This document shows positions 21,382-34,881 of a stretch of 64,000 nucleotides of DNA, piece after piece. Made by a program: the position numbers and the translations under genes. Under the pieces are notes generated by a model. The model was not told the origin of the DNA, did no database searches, and saw only the letters and a list, made by a program, of their open reading frames with translations. How positions within the stretch are numbered: position 1 is the stretch's first letter; each line of letters opens with the position of its first letter. This DNA comes from an uncultured Nitrospinota bacterium (GTDB lineage Bacteria > Tectomicrobia > Entotheonellia > J063 > CAVPRW01). Where the stretch lies: the NCBI GenBank assembly GCA_963707985.1, contig CAVPRW010000010.1, forward strand, positions 192,001 to 256,000, in the 5' to 3' direction.

Positions 21382-22950
21382 CTAATGACGCAATTGGTAT
21401 TTATGGATTTTGTTGTAGATGCTCCGTGGGGTGATCCCGAGAAGGTGGGCCGTTTGTGATTGATTGCCCTGGGTTTTGTGCAGAGCTGCTTCAAGCAGTA
21501 GCCGTTCGAAATATTCGAGCGAGCGTGAAAGATTCCAGCCGTTCATGTTTAAAAGATTGACAAGAGAGGAGATGAGGTTCTCGCGCGGGATGCCCACCGT
21601 GGAGTCCTTCGGGGCTTCCCCTGCGTCTGCAGGCCCTGCCGATGGCTCAGGATATTTCCTCTGGTCTGCCAACTGCTGCCAGATCTCCAAAGGGAGATCC
21701 CTCAAATTCAAGGGAGTCTCGTCATCTTTGTTGACCAGCACCCACCGCACCATGTTCTCCAATTGCCTAGTGTTCCCCGGCCATTGGAGTTGTGTGAGCG
21801 CATCCATAAACTCAGGGTCCATAGCGAGCGAGCTGGCCGGCTTTAAATTTTGATACTTCTCCAAAAAGTGCTCGGTCAGAGGCTTAAGGTCGGCGGGTCG
21901 CTCGCGTAACGGTGGGATGTGGATGACCAAGACATTGAGACGGTGAAAGAGGTCAGCGCGAAACGTTCGATGCTGCACCATGGCATCTAGGTCTCGATTG
22001 GTGGCCGCAACGATACGCACACTGATAGGAACCTCCTGGTCCTCCCCGATACCCAGCACGCGGTTTTCCTGCAGCACGCGTAATAGCTTGGCCTGGATGG
22101 CATCGTTAAGCTCGCCGATCTCATCCAGGAACAGTATGCCGCCTTCAGCAGCACGAATCAGGCCTTTCCGATCTCGGTCCGCGCCGGTGAATGCGCCGCG
22201 CCGATGGCCAAACAGTTCACTCTCCGCCAGACCTGGACTGAGCGCACTACAGTTCAGTGCGATAAAAGGACCGTGGCAGCGTTTACGATCTAACTGGTGG
22301 ACGGCATGAGCCAGAAGCTCCTTTCCCGTTCCCGTCTCTCCCATAATCAATACGGGCACGTCACTTAACGGGCTGACTCGAAGAACCCTTCGGAAGACAG
22401 CCATGATCACCTGGCTTTCGCCCACACTCCCCAGTCGCCTCATGCTCTGTTTGATCCTATTCTCTTCCTCCCGTCTACCGCTCTCTGCCTGAAGGAGCTG
22501 CCCCAACAGACAACACAATTCCTGGGAAAACTCCACCTTGGCGCTGTCGAGCAACCACGATGAACCCGCCAGCAAAATCTGGCATCGTATGCTCAGCGGC
22601 CAGAACTGCACACCTTCGTCGTGACAGATCACTCTGAACCCTTGCCGTTTCAGGCTGCGGATGGTCTCCAAATTGAGGGGACCAAGGGAGGGAGAGGCTC
22701 CGAGAGCAATGATAGCAAGGTTACAGTCACAGGCAAGCACACATTGCGGGATGGTTGAAACGTCCTTGATCCAACGAGCCCGGGCGCCGCATTCTGAGAT
22801 GATGCGGCTGATGACTTGAGAACGTTCGGGTCGATGGTCCCAGATCAGGACGGTCAATGACGAATTCGGGGCTTGTGGTGTGGTCAACTCTGGTTCAGGC
22901 GGGACGGCAGTGCCCGAATCTGTGCAGGCATGAGGTTCGTTTCCGTCCAT
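21382..22950 (-). CDS. Sigma54-dependent enhancer-binding protein (AAA+ with Fis HTH, degenerate receiver-like N-terminus)
   Basis: GETGTGKE, ESELFGH..GAFTGA, LFLDEIGE, WPGN.RQL.N, GNQSQTAHLLGI. Confidence 0.95.
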   Translation of the reverse strand: MDGNEPHACTDSGTAVPPEPELTTPQAPNSSLTVLIWDHRPERSQVISRIISECGARARWIKDVSTIPQCVLACDCNLAIIALGASPSLGPLNLETIRSLKRQGFRVICHDEGVQFWPLSIRCQILLAGSSWLLDSAKVEFSQELCCLLGQLLQAESGRREEENRIKQSMRRLGSVGESQVIMAVFRRVLRVSPLSDVPVLIMGETGTGKELLAHAVHQLDRKRCHGPFIALNCSALSPGLAESELFGHRRGAFTGADRDRKGLIRAAEGGILFLDEIGELNDAIQAKLLRVLQENRVLGIGEDQEVPISVRIVAATNRDLDAMVQHRTFRADLFHRLNVLVIHIPPLRERPADLKPLTEHFLEKYQNLKPASSLAMDPEFMDALTQLQWPGNTRQLENMVRWVLVNKDDETPLNLRDLPLEIWQQLADQRKYPEPSAGPADAGEAPKDSTVGIPRENLISSLVNLLNMNGWNLSRSLEYFERLLLEAALHKTQGNQSQTAHLLGITPRSIYNKIHKYQLRH

Positions 22951-24244
22951 GAGTCTCTCCTCGGATAGGCGTCGTTGAAGCGCTGAAGTAGTTAGGAATA
23001 TCCTCGCCCGCATTGCAGTGATGCACGAAATTGTTCAGCGGCTATTAGGGCCTGCATATTACGGATGTAGACCATAGTGTGCAGATACTCACTACCGTGG
23101 GTCTTGCCCTTGAAAATCCTACGGTCAAAGCAATATCAAAACCACAACGAAAAAGGTGTGACAGCTCCGAGAAATCAGGAGGGCGATGGATTCCCTTCGT
23201 CTAAAAGAGAGGGAGGGGAAGGGTTCGCTGCTGGGGATTCTGAGAAATTGGATTTGTATAAGCAGGTACGCCCTGATGGGAGGGATTAAGGCCGGGAAGA
23301 TTATGGTGTTCATCGCTAGCGGCCCTCTCTATCGATCACAAGATCTGTCAGCATCGCAGCGAAACTTCTATGGCACATATCACCATGGATCTGGCACGAG
23401 GCTGAACCGGAACCCTTACTCAGTACCGACATCTTGATAATGGGTATTGTTCAGGGCTTGGGAAGCGGACATTATGCCACCCGTACAATAGGCGAACCCA
23501 GCGTTCATCGGCCGCACTAGATCTGTTGAAACTATTGGCCGAACTCTTCCCAAGCAAAAATTATGCTAAGATGACTCATTCATTCAAAAAAGCCGTAAAT
23601 AAATCTATATAGTGATCGTTGCGCTATCTTGAGGAGATGTGGGAACCTGAACACAAAAGCACGCAATCATCTAAGCGATTTCAAGATTTCTCAATTATTT
23701 AAATGGTTTCAGTGTATGTTCAAATATAGACATAATTGTTCAAGTTTATGCATGCGGATCCCACTTCTTATCCACTGCCCAGGGGGAGCGAGCTCCTGTG
23801 GTCTGCAAAAATGCTGTCACGCCGTCCTTTCTTCAAGCCCATATCCATGGGACAAACCACCACCAACCGGACGCGCCATCGCTTGAGGTGTACCCCATTG
23901 TCCAGCTACTGCTGGCGAATTCCGATGAGCTGTCTTGCAAAGCGATCCTTCCACCGGCGTAACACTTTGGAGAGGACGATCGGCTGCACCCAGGTCGCCC
24001 CGAGCGCTACGCTCCGGCTGAAACCATGGGCGCGGATGGGCTCCATCTCCTGGGGATACTCTCTGCTGACAGCACTCCGCACATTTTTCGGTGGAGACAC
24101 ACCAAGGACTTCTGACTCGAAAATTCATCATAAACCGTTAAGTTCATTGACTTAAAATCCGAGTCTCGATGATCAGGAGACGTTGGCCACCACACTAAAC
24201 CCCTCCAGCAACATTCGAACAGTGCCTACCCCAGCGCCTATCCC

Positions 24245-25256
24245 CTGTCAGTTGGACACATCTTTTCATGTAGGGGGGAACTGAGCGCATGATACGATAC
24301 ATGCTGGTGAGGTCGCGTCAATGTTGCAAGCCACGCCACACCGTTTCGGTGCCTGGTTGTTCTCGGCGGCGCCCCACACACCCGCCGAGCTGCGCGAGCC
24401 AGCGCACGGCCTCGCCGAGCGACGGTGGACTGGCAGGGGGTGTTGGCGAGTGATGGATGGCACCGTACAGCGCCTGCCATTCCTCGATCTCCAACCGCAC
24501 GCGACACGGCATCTCGGGTACCGCGCGCGCCAGCATGGTGGCAGAAAACACCCGCCAGGCCATCACGCTAGAGAGGGTCAAACAGCGCGGCAAGCGCGCG
24601 CTGGGGCTCAACGGCCGTGCTTCAAGGCGGCAGCCACTTTGCAACATCCGATGCCAGACGTCAATGCCCCACCGACAGGCGTACCACGCGACGCGCTCGC
24701 TGGCGTCGTCAAGCGTGTGTACCGCCACCGTGGTCAACAACAGCCACTCGATGGGCTCCCCCCCGTCTGGGGGCTCGACGTCACGGACCTGCACGGCCCA
24801 CAGCGCCACGGCGGGCAAGCCCTCTGCCGTGCGATGCTGGGGAGGCCGCAGGGTCAAGGGGCAAAACCGCAGCGCCAGCCTGGCGTCACGCCCAGGCTGC
24901 GGACCACGACGGGGCACGTGCAAGACGCGGTGCTCCCCCAGCGGTTGCGCCTCCACGGTGGCCCACACAGAGCGCTCGGGCGCCTCCACACCGCGGTTCC
25001 ATGCCGCGCGTACCAGGAGGTCGACCCCCGCGGGCCGCGCGGCCGCCAGCAGATCAGAGACATCGGCTTCCCGGTCGCCCATGCTGACACAGCGGGTCTG
25101 GGGACACGCCTCGTGCGCACGGTGGACCGCCTCAAGGCTGGTCAGCCATTGCTGGCTTTCCTTCTGGCTGATGGGCAACTGCTTGCGTCGCGTGCGCTTC
25201 CCCATGTCGTTGGGGTCACGCGCCCACACGGGCTGGGCCATCAGTCCCAAGGGTGA
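24245..25256 (-). mobile_element. IS4-family (IS50/Tn5-like) transposase 3' fragment, degenerate
   Basis: IEWLLLTTVAV..WY..RWGI..WH..L.SGC motifs; Tn5-end-like CTGTCAGTTGGACACATCT at 24245-24263. Confidence 0.8.
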
Positions 25257-25449
25257 TGCCCCCCCCTGTGAGCCAGGATGTATGGGCTCAAAATGGATCG
25301 ATACGGCGTTCATTGAACATCCCAGAATGCACTCGGTTCCAAAAAATTGCATGATTGGAGCAACCCGGTCCACGCATTTTTCTGATTTAAAATGGTCAGG
25401 ACCATGGCTGAGCCGCGATTTTGGCCGGTTTTGAGCTGTTGTCTATGAT

Positions 25450-26740
25450 GGCTCCACTCCACGCCCTCAGTTGCCGTGCGGTATGGAGACGCGCGAACCG
25501 TTTGGGCACCGCCACCACAGGTTCGCTCAACGGTGCTTCAACCGTTTTGAGCCGTTTCCACGGCGCTCCGGCACGGGCTTGATACCAAAGGCTCAGACGT
25601 TGATGGGCCGTCTCCAGTGTCAGCCAGACATCACGCTCACCGTAGCGTTGGCCCACACGCAAGGCTTGATTGAGAAAACGGCCCCGGCCCGCTGGTGCGA
25701 CTCGGCGCACCGCATGGACCCGGCCCACACAGATCGGCACGCGACATTGCAGGCCCGTGGCATCGCATGAAGCGAGCGTGTACACCTGCGCTCCCAGTCG
25801 CATGCGCTCGGGCGTATCAGGCTGGCGCGGAGCGATGTACTGGCTCCGGTACCAGGGGAGAAAGGTGTGCTGCACCCGTGACACATCGCGACGGCGTGTG
25901 AAGTGATGGAGCCCCCAGAATCGTTGCGCCCACAGGTGGTTGAAGGTTTCGACGGGTGAGTGATCATCGGCTTCACCCACAGGACTGCACAAGACGTCGA
26001 TGCCCATGGACAAACACAGGCGTACCACCTGGCCGAGCACCCAGGGATGGGTGCCGCCGCGGAACGCACTTTCGTGATCACACTGGGCGACGTCGGGCAC
26101 GCCGACCTGTTGCCAGGTTTGCCGTCAGTGCTCACACGCGGCGGCGGCCGTTTTGGTAGCATGCGAGCTGGCGTAGGCGTCATTGCTAGAGACATCGACG
26201 GTGTTGAAGGTCTGCACGACTTCACCTCCTGTGATCCAGCGCGTGATGCTATCGGTGGCATGGACCGCCTCGGGAGAGGTCGCCCCGGGTGCGGGCGATA
26301 GGCCTGACGGCAGGGCTTGAGCGATTGGGTGGTGAGATGGTGACGCTTGAGCACGCGCTGGATGGTTCTCAAACTGGGCGCTGGCTCCGGGTAACGGCGA
26401 CACCACTCCTTGTGAATGGTGCGTGCCCCCACCGAAGCAAAACGCAAGCGCGGCTGGCGGTGTCGCATCAAGAGTTGGCGCAGACGGACGATGCGCCGCT
26501 CGCTCTTGACCGAGAGTTCAGTGGGATGATGGTGGGGTGCACGGGGAACCGATCGGAAGCGGGTCCAAGGATGATGGGCACGATAGGCCACCCATTTGTA
26601 GACCCAACTGCGGCTACGGTGGAGTTGTCGTGCAACTTCTTTGGCAGGGATGCCGGCATGTCCTGGCTACGGACAGCTAGTGGACAAGCTGGCAGCGATC
26701 CTGGCAGGGCGCTCTGATGTGAGTGATCTGTATCGCGGCA
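25450..26740 (-). mobile_element. IS481-like (HTH plus rve integrase core) element, degenerate
   Basis: HTH WV..WV..R; PSLRTIQRVLKRH; D.ESAF..VETFN.LW..F. A TG-initiated end at 26740 abuts the PKS. Confidence 0.65.
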
Positions 26741-29700
26741 CGGTGGTTGGCCTAGGCCGGGCCGACAAGGATACCGATAACGCTGGTGGCGGCGGATGAA
26801 GACCTACAAACGGCGATGAACGCCTGGATCGCCAAGGGCAAATACGAGTCGTTGCTCAGTCTGTGGGTCAAGGGGCTGACCTTTAACTGGCAACGGCTCT
26901 ACGGCGCGGACAAGCCCCACGGTGCTATACCCCGGCGCATCAGCCTGCCCACCTATCCTTTTGACCGGCAGCGGTACTGGTTACCAGCGATCGAGGCTGG
27001 CAACGTTGCGCCGCAGGCGGAAACCCTGCATCCCCTGCTCCACCGCAATACGTCCGACCTCGCCGAACAGCGATTCACTACCACTCTCACCGGTCGTGAG
27101 TTTTTCCTAGCGGATCATCGGGTCCGCGGCCAGACGATCCTGCCAGGCGTGGCCTATCTGGAGATGGCACGAGAGGCTGCGGACCAGGGGGCGCGCGTCC
27201 TCTGGGAGCGTGAGGCCCAGTCTTTCACAGTATCCCTCGATCAGGTGGTGTGGGGCCGGCCCGCGGTCGTACCGCGCGATGGCTTGTCGCTTCACATCAC
27301 ACTCTTCCCCGAGGACCGGCGACAGGCATCGGCAAGCGACGTGCGCATAGCCTACGAAATCTATAGCGACAGCAGCGATGATGGGCAACGAATCGTCTAC
27401 GGCCGGGGCTATGCGACCTTGGGGCCCACACTCCCGGCCACAACCCTTGACCTGACGGCTCTGCAGCGCGCGTGCGACCGCGGCACGATCTCGGCCGACC
27501 AATGTTACGCGGCACTGGCAACCATGGGCCTTGATTATGGCCCGACCCTCCGTGCGATCGACGTGCTGTATATGGGCCAGGACCAGGTGTTGGCTCGATT
27601 GTGCCTGCCACCGTCAGTTGACGACATAGGCGACCGCTTTGTCCTTCACCCCAGCCTGATGGATGGCGCACTGCAGGCAGCGATTGGCCTGTATTTTGGT
27701 GATCACGACAGCAGCGGTACCACCGTCTCGCACCTGTCGCTGCCCTTTGCCGTGAAACACGTTGAGGTGTTCGGTCCCTGTACCCCTACCATGTGGGCGC
27801 ATATCCGTCCTGCTGGCGATGACACTGGTCATGGCGCGCATAGCCCCGTCATGCGCGCGCTCAATGTCGATCTGTGCGATGAGCATGGCCTGGTTCGTAT
27901 ACGTTTGGCTGGCCTTATGTCCCGTGCGGTCGACAGGGAAGCAGAGAGCACGGCGCTCAGCTCCGGGCCCCAGGCCATCCCCATGACAGCAAGCCCAACG
28001 CTTCTGCACGCGGCACAGACGGTGTCTGAACCACCGATCAGTGCCACCAATGGAGCAGAACCTCTCTTGGAAAAAACCGTCGGCTATTTCAAAAATTTGT
28101 TGGCGTCCACACTCAGGCTGCCGGTGCAGCAAATCCGTGCTAATGAGCCCATGGACCAGTATGGCATCGACTCGGTCATGGTGATGGAGCTGACCGGCTT
28201 GCTAGAGCAGACCTTCGGGCCGCTGTCTAAAACCCTTTTCTTCGAATATCAGGATATCGAGTCGTTGAGCCGCTATTTTGTCGACGCCCACGCTGAGCGT
28301 TTGCGTGGCCTGTTGGAGGTTGAGAGCAAGGGCGGCGGGACTGCTGCCGCTCCTGACATAGACACGATAGGCGTGCCCAGACGACCGGACAACTTTGGGC
28401 CAGCACGCACCCCGCGACGCCGTTTCGCCCTCACGAGTCCACCCCATCAACGACCCCAAACTGGGGCGCTGGATATCGCCATCATCGGCCTAGCCGGACG
28501 GTATCCCGGTGCACGAACCATAGCGGAATTTTGGGAGAATCTACGCGACGGCAAGGATTGCGTCACCGAAATCCCCCAGGACCGCTGGAATCACGACCTC
28601 TACTTCGATGCAGACCGCTACAAGCCCGGTAAGACGTATGGCAAGTGGGGCGGGTTCCTCGATGGTGTCAGGGAGTTCGATCCCCGGTTCTTCAACATCG
28701 CGCCGCGCGAAGCTGAGCTGATGGATCCGCAGGAACGCCTCTTCCTGCAATGCGTCTATGAGGTTCTGGAGGACGCGGGTTACACGCGGGAAAGCCTGGC
28801 GCGCTATCAGAATCTGGGTTTGCCGGGCAACGTCGGGGTCTATGTCGGCGTCATGTACGAGGAGTATCAGCTCTACGGTGCGCAGGAAACGATGCAAGGC
28901 CGGCCCCTGGTGCTTTCCGGAAGCCCGTCGTCGATCGCCAACCGTGTGTCGTATTTCTGCAACTTCCACGGCCGAGCATGGCGGTGGACACGATGTGTTC
29001 CTCTTCCCTCACCGCCATCCACCTCGCTGCGAGAGCCTGTGCGGGGAGGGCGAGCTGGCCGTGGCCGGTGGCGTCAACGTGTCGGTGCATCCCAACAAGT
29101 TTATCGGCCTAGGGCAGGGCCAGTATCTCGAGTCAGGCCGCTGCGCCAGCTTCGGCGCCGGTGGCGACGGATATGTCCCCGGCGAGGGCGTCGGCGCGGT
29201 GCTGCTGAAGCCGCTCGCCACGCCATGCCGACGGGGACCACATCTATGGCGTGATCAAGGGACCGCCATCAACCACGGCGGCAGAACCAACGGCTTCACG
29301 GTGCCCAACCCCAAGGCGCAGGCCAGTGTCATCGGCAGGCCTTCAAGCAGACGGGCATCGATCCCCGCACGATCAGCTACCTGGAGGCCACGGCACCGGC
29401 ACCTCGTTGGGCGACCCCATCGAAATCACCGGTCTGACCAAGGCGTTTGAGGAATTCACGCGCGACCGCCAGTTCTGCGCCATCGGCTCGGTCAAGTCGA
29501 ACATTGGGCATTGCGAGAGCGCCGCGGGTATCGCTGGTATCACGAAAATTCTGCTACAGCTCCAGCATCGCCAATTAGTGCCCTCGCTCCATGCCGAGGC
29601 CTTGAATCCCCATATCGATTTCGCCAACACCCCCTTCATGGTGCAGCGATCGCTGCAGGCATGGCAACCCCAGCAGCTCGACATCGATGTGGAGAACCAT

Positions 29701-32700
29701 CCGGGTGAGATAGGGGAGCGGCCGCGGATCGCTGGGATCTCGTCGTTTGGGGCGGGTGGCTCCAACGCGCACGTGATCATCGAGGAATATATGGTCGATG
29801 AGCTGGTGTCGCCTGACGGACGCGGACAGGAGCCTTACCTGATCGTGCTCTCCGCCAAGACGGCCGAGCTGTTGCAGGAGGTCGTCGCCAACCTGTATCA
29901 GGCGCTCACCCAGAAGGCGCGTTATCGCGATGATGACCTGCCCGCGATCGCCTACACGCTGCAGATCGGTCGCGAGGCCATGGTGGAACGGCTGGCCTTT
30001 CTTGTCACGTCGGTTGAAGAGCTGGTGGCGAAGCTACAGGCATACCTGGCGGTGACAAGCGGCACGGCCCCCCATGCTCTCGACCAGGTTGCCGACCTGT
30101 TCCGAGGACGGGTGGGCGGCGGTTCGCACGAGGCCCTGACGGCATTCACAACGGATGACGAGTTACAGGAAGCCATCGACAAATGGATTCAACGCAAGAA
30201 GTATGCACAGCTGGCGCGCCTATGGGTCGAGGGCCTGGACTTCGACTGGCGCGAGCTATATGGCGAGCACGCCACCTATGGCCGGCAGCCCCGCCGCATT
30301 AGCTTGCCGACCTATCCCTTCGCTCGGGAATCATACTGGGTACCCGTGCTGGAGGGTAGTGCTCCCGCCAGCGCGGCCGAGGCGGCGAGCGCAGTTGGCG
30401 CGTTCGCACCCAGGCCCGCCGCGCCAAGGCCAGCCGCTGTCATACGAGAACAACTGCTCGAACCCACGACAGCGTACTTCAAAGAAGTTCTTGCCTCTGT
30501 GCTCAAAATATCGGCCGACCTGATCGAGGCCGATGTTCCCATGGAGGATTTTGGCCTGGACTCCGTCATGGTGATGCAGGTGACCAACCACCTCGAAAAA
30601 ACCTTTGGCTCCCTGTCCAAAACCCTGTTTTTCGAATATCGGAACATCCAGGCTCTGAGTGAATACTTTGCGACTGCATACGCCGATACGCTGGCGGAGC
30701 TCTTTGGGACCAGCGAGGAGGCAGCCCCGCGCGTCCCGCAACCACCCCTCTTCCAGCGGCCGGTTGCAGCCCGCCCGGGCGGCATAGAGCACTGGGTGGA
30801 GGGAGATCATACAGGGAGGCGCCCCAACAGACCCTTGGACATCGCTATCATCGGCCTGGCCGGACGTTATCCGGGTGCCAACAATCTGGCGGAATTCTGG
30901 CACAATCTGCGGACCGGCAAAGATTGCATCAGCGAAATTCCCAGGGAGCGCTGGGACTATGCGCGCTATGTTGACAGGGATACCAGCACATCCAGCCATG
31001 TCCCCGGCAAGTGGGGGGGGCCTTGATGGCGTGGACCGCTTTGACCCGCTTTTCTTCAATATTTCGCCAGTGGAAGCGGAGTATATGGACCCCCAGGAAC
31101 GCCTGTTCCTCGAGTGCGTATACGCGGCCATCGAAGATGCCGGATATACTCGCACATCCCTCGCCGCCAGCGCGGCTTCGCGGCATTTCAGCAGTGCTGC
31201 GCCAGTGGGGGTCTATGTGGGGGTTATGTGTGAGGAATACCAGCTCTTCGGTGTGGAGGAACAGGTCAAGGGCAGGCTGATCGCGCTTTCCGGCATGTCC
31301 GGGTCGATTGCCAATCGGGTATCCTATTTCTGCAACTTCGAAGGGCCCAGCCTGGCCGTCAATACCATGTGCTCCTCCTCCCTGACCGCCCTCCACCTGG
31401 CGTGCCAGAGTCTCCTCCTCGGTGAGTGTGAGTTGGCCATCGCAGGTGGCGTCAGTGTCTCTATCCACCCCAACAAATATGTCGGTCTCCTACAGGGCAA
31501 ATTCCTCTCCAGTACAGGCCGTTGCCAGGCCTTTGGTCAGGGCGCCGATGGCTATGTGCCAGGCGAGGGCGTTGGCGCGGTCCTGCTTAAGCCTCTGGCC
31601 CATGCCATTGCGGATGCTGATCACATCTACGGAGTGATCAAGGGCAGTGCAGTCAATCACGGGGCCAAATCCAATGGTTACACCGTGCCCAACCCCACGG
31701 CCCAGGCCAATGTCATCGGCCGCGCATTCGAGCAGGCCGGCATCGCAGGTATCACCAAAGTTCTACTGCAGCTCAAGCATCGCCAGCTGACGCCCTCGCT
31801 CCATACCGAGCCCTTGAACCCCAACATCGATTTCGAACACTCGCCCTTCATGGTCCAGAAGGAGTTGACTCCATGGCAGCGGCATCGTATCGAGGTTGAC
31901 GGCGACATCAGAGAGTACGCAAGAATCGCGGGTGTCTCCTCCTTCGGGGCCGGTGGGGCTACCGCCCATCTTATCATCGAGGAATACATTCCGGAGGAGA
32001 GGCAGCCTCTTCCCACGAGAGCCGGTCTCGGAGTCACTCCACCGCCTGCGCTGATCGTCTTGTCGGCGAAGGACGAGGAGCGCCTGAAGGACCAGACACA
32101 ACAGCTCCTGGCGTTTGTAGCGAATGCACCGGCCGGTGAGCTCAATCTGGCCGATGTGGCTTATACGCTGCAGGTGGGACGCGAGGCCATGCCGCAACGT
32201 CTGGCATTGATCGCTGTGTCTATCGGGGAATTGGGGCAAAAGCTATCAGGCTACCTCCGAGGCGACAGGTTAGACGGCCTATTCCTGGGCCGGGCCGCCG
32301 ACAGGCATGTCGCTGAGATGCACCAACGCCACAAGGATATGGGAGATGCCCCGGCGGCGGTGGATGAGGCCACTGTCGAAGCCTGGTTGGCACGAGGGGC
32401 GTTTGCCGAGCTACTGACTGCGTGGGTGCAAGGGGTAACGATCGATTGGTACAGCCTATATGGCGGGGGGCAGGCGTTGCCGCAGCGCATCAGTCTACCG
32501 ACATATCCATTCGCCAGGCACCGGTATTGGGTTCCCGTGGCGGACAACGGCGTTGAGTCATGGAGATCCACCTCATTAGCGATCGATACCCCCTACCACA
32601 ACGGGGATCCAACGGGGCTTGGCTCCGAAGGAGTGCTATTGGTCCCCGCGCTGCACCCGTTGTTGCACCGCAATACCTCAACCCTTGCAGCCGCGCGTTT

Positions 32701-34772
32701 CAGTACCACCTTCACCGGTCGCGAGTTTTTTCTGGCGGACCACGTCGTCCAGGGTCGGCTGGTCCTCCCCGCCGTGGTCTCTCTAGAAATGGTGCGCGCC
32801 GCCGCAGCCTTCGCCGTGGGTGCAGGGGAAGAGAAGAATGACATAGGTGGGGTTCGGCTCAGGCAGGTGATCTGGGCGCGACCCGTCGTCCTCGGCGCAG
32901 GAGATACGCAATTCATCGAGGTACACCTCGGCCTTTCTGGCGCGGCCGACGGCCGGCTGGACTACGCCATCTATGAGGGGTCCGGGACGGATGGGCCTGT
33001 CGTCCATAGCCAGGGCAATGTCGTGGCCTGCAGCTTTGCACAGACACCGTACCTGGACCTGGCGGCCTTGCGCGCCCAATGCTCCCTCGCTGCCCTAAGC
33101 GCCGAGCAGTGTTATGACGTGTTCAGGGCGATCGGCATTGACTATGGGGCGGCACATCGGGCCATCGAAACCCTACAAGTGGGATCCGGCCAGGTTCTGG
33201 CGAAGCTGGTGCTCCCCAATAGCACGGCGGATAGTCGCTTGGTCCTCCATCCCAGCCTGCTGGACGGGGCCTTGCAGGCCACCATCGGTCTGAGCCATGG
33301 TCCCAATGGGACGGCCTCCGGACTGGCCCTACCGTTTGCCCTGGACGAGATGGAGGTGTATGGGGCTTGTACGCCGACCATGTGGGCTTTCATCCGTGAC
33401 ACGGGCGATGGCCAGGCGGGTGGAGGCATACGTAAGCTCGATATCGACATCTGCGATGAGAGCGGCGCGGTTCGTGTACGGATGAAGGGGTTTTCGTTTC
33501 GAGTCCTGCCCCCTGTGTACTCGCTCTCTGAGGGAGAGGATGGAGATGAGGGTTCCCATACTCAGGAAAAAACCTCTCACGCGACCCTCCTTCGAGACGG
33601 AGACCGGAAAGAAGGTGGCGGCGCGCTGATGCTCGAACCCCATTGACATGCGCTACCTGCACCTGGATGCCGCGGACGAGACCATTGAACAACGGTTCAA
33701 CACCTATGCGGTCCGGGTCTTTGACGAGATTCGACGCATCCTGGAAGGCAAACCGCGCGGTAAGGTACTGATCCAGCTTCTGGTGCCCAATCGGGGCGAG
33801 GGGCGGCTCTGCGTCGGGCTAGCCGGCCTACTCAAGACGGCGTCACTAGAGCATCCCAACCTCATCACTCAGGTGATCGAGGTCGACAGGGATACGGTCG
33901 ACCTCAGCGAAATCCTGCAGGCGAACGTGCGGTGTCCGACTGACCAGCAGATTTGCTATCGGAATGGGAAACGTCTAGTCGCCTCGTGGCGCGAGGTTAA
34001 GACGGCCCTCTCTTCAGGACGGCAACGCGACATCCCCTGGCGCAACGGTGGTGTTTACCTGATCACCGGCGGCGCGGGCGGCTTAGGCCTGATTTTCGCC
34101 GAGGAAATCGTACAACGGGTTCGGGATGTGACCGTGGTTCTAGCCGGACGTTCCGAGCCGGACGAGCGCACGCGGATACTGATGGAAATGCTGACGGCCA
34201 TGGGTTCCTCGGGGACGCATGTCGAATACCGACGCCTTGATGTGGGACAACTTGCGGCGGTCACGCGCCTGGTCTGCGACATGAGGGAGACCTTTGGCGG
34301 CGTGCATGGGGTTATTCATAGCGCCGGTGTCACGCGGGATAACTTCATTCTCAAAAAGAGTCCTCAGGAGCTGGCAGATGTGCTGGCGCCCAAAGTGGCT
34401 GGGTGTATGCACCTGGATCGGGCGTGCCAGGAGCTCGATTTCTTCGTGCTGTTTTCCTCACTGACAGGTGCGACGGGCAATCCCGGTCAGGCCGACTATG
34501 CGGCGGCCAATGCCTTTATGGATGCCTTCGCTCATTACCGGAACACCCTTGTCCGTGAGAACCGACGGAGGGGCCGCACCCTCTCGATCAACTGGCCCTT
34601 ATGGCGTGAGGGCGGCATGCGGGTCGATCCTGGGATGGAAAGACTCATGCAAGAACGTATAGGCCTGGTGCCCATGGCAACTGCGACAGGCCTGGCGGCA
34701 TTCTATCGGGGCTTCACCCTCGACGCCGATCAGGTGATGGTGTTGGAAGGAGACACGGCACAGTTCAGCTGA
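26741..34772 (+). pseudogene. trans-AT type I PKS fragment: flanking subdomain-DH-ACP-KS-ACP-KS(deleted)-DH-KR
   Basis: DH HPLLHRN/HRVRGQTILPG; ACPs GIDSVM and GLDSVM; KS DTMCSSSL/HGTGT and NTMCSSSL; KR GGAGGLG..Y.AAN. No AT domain. Truncated at both ends with several frameshifts. Confidence 0.92.
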
Positions 34773-34881
34773 AAGGCATGCTGGAGCGATTCTCACGTCA
34801 TTCTGCGGCACTCGACCAGCTCTGAAGAACCTCCGTATACTGGGAGGTGCTGGGTGCCATTCATGACAGGTCTTCTCTCGT

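Noticed and set aside
23360..23415. TGGCAC motifs as further sigma54 promoters
   Set aside because: No TTGC at the required spacing.
23736..24195. Short ORFs upstream of the activator
   Set aside because: No recognisable motif; probably a gene remnant.
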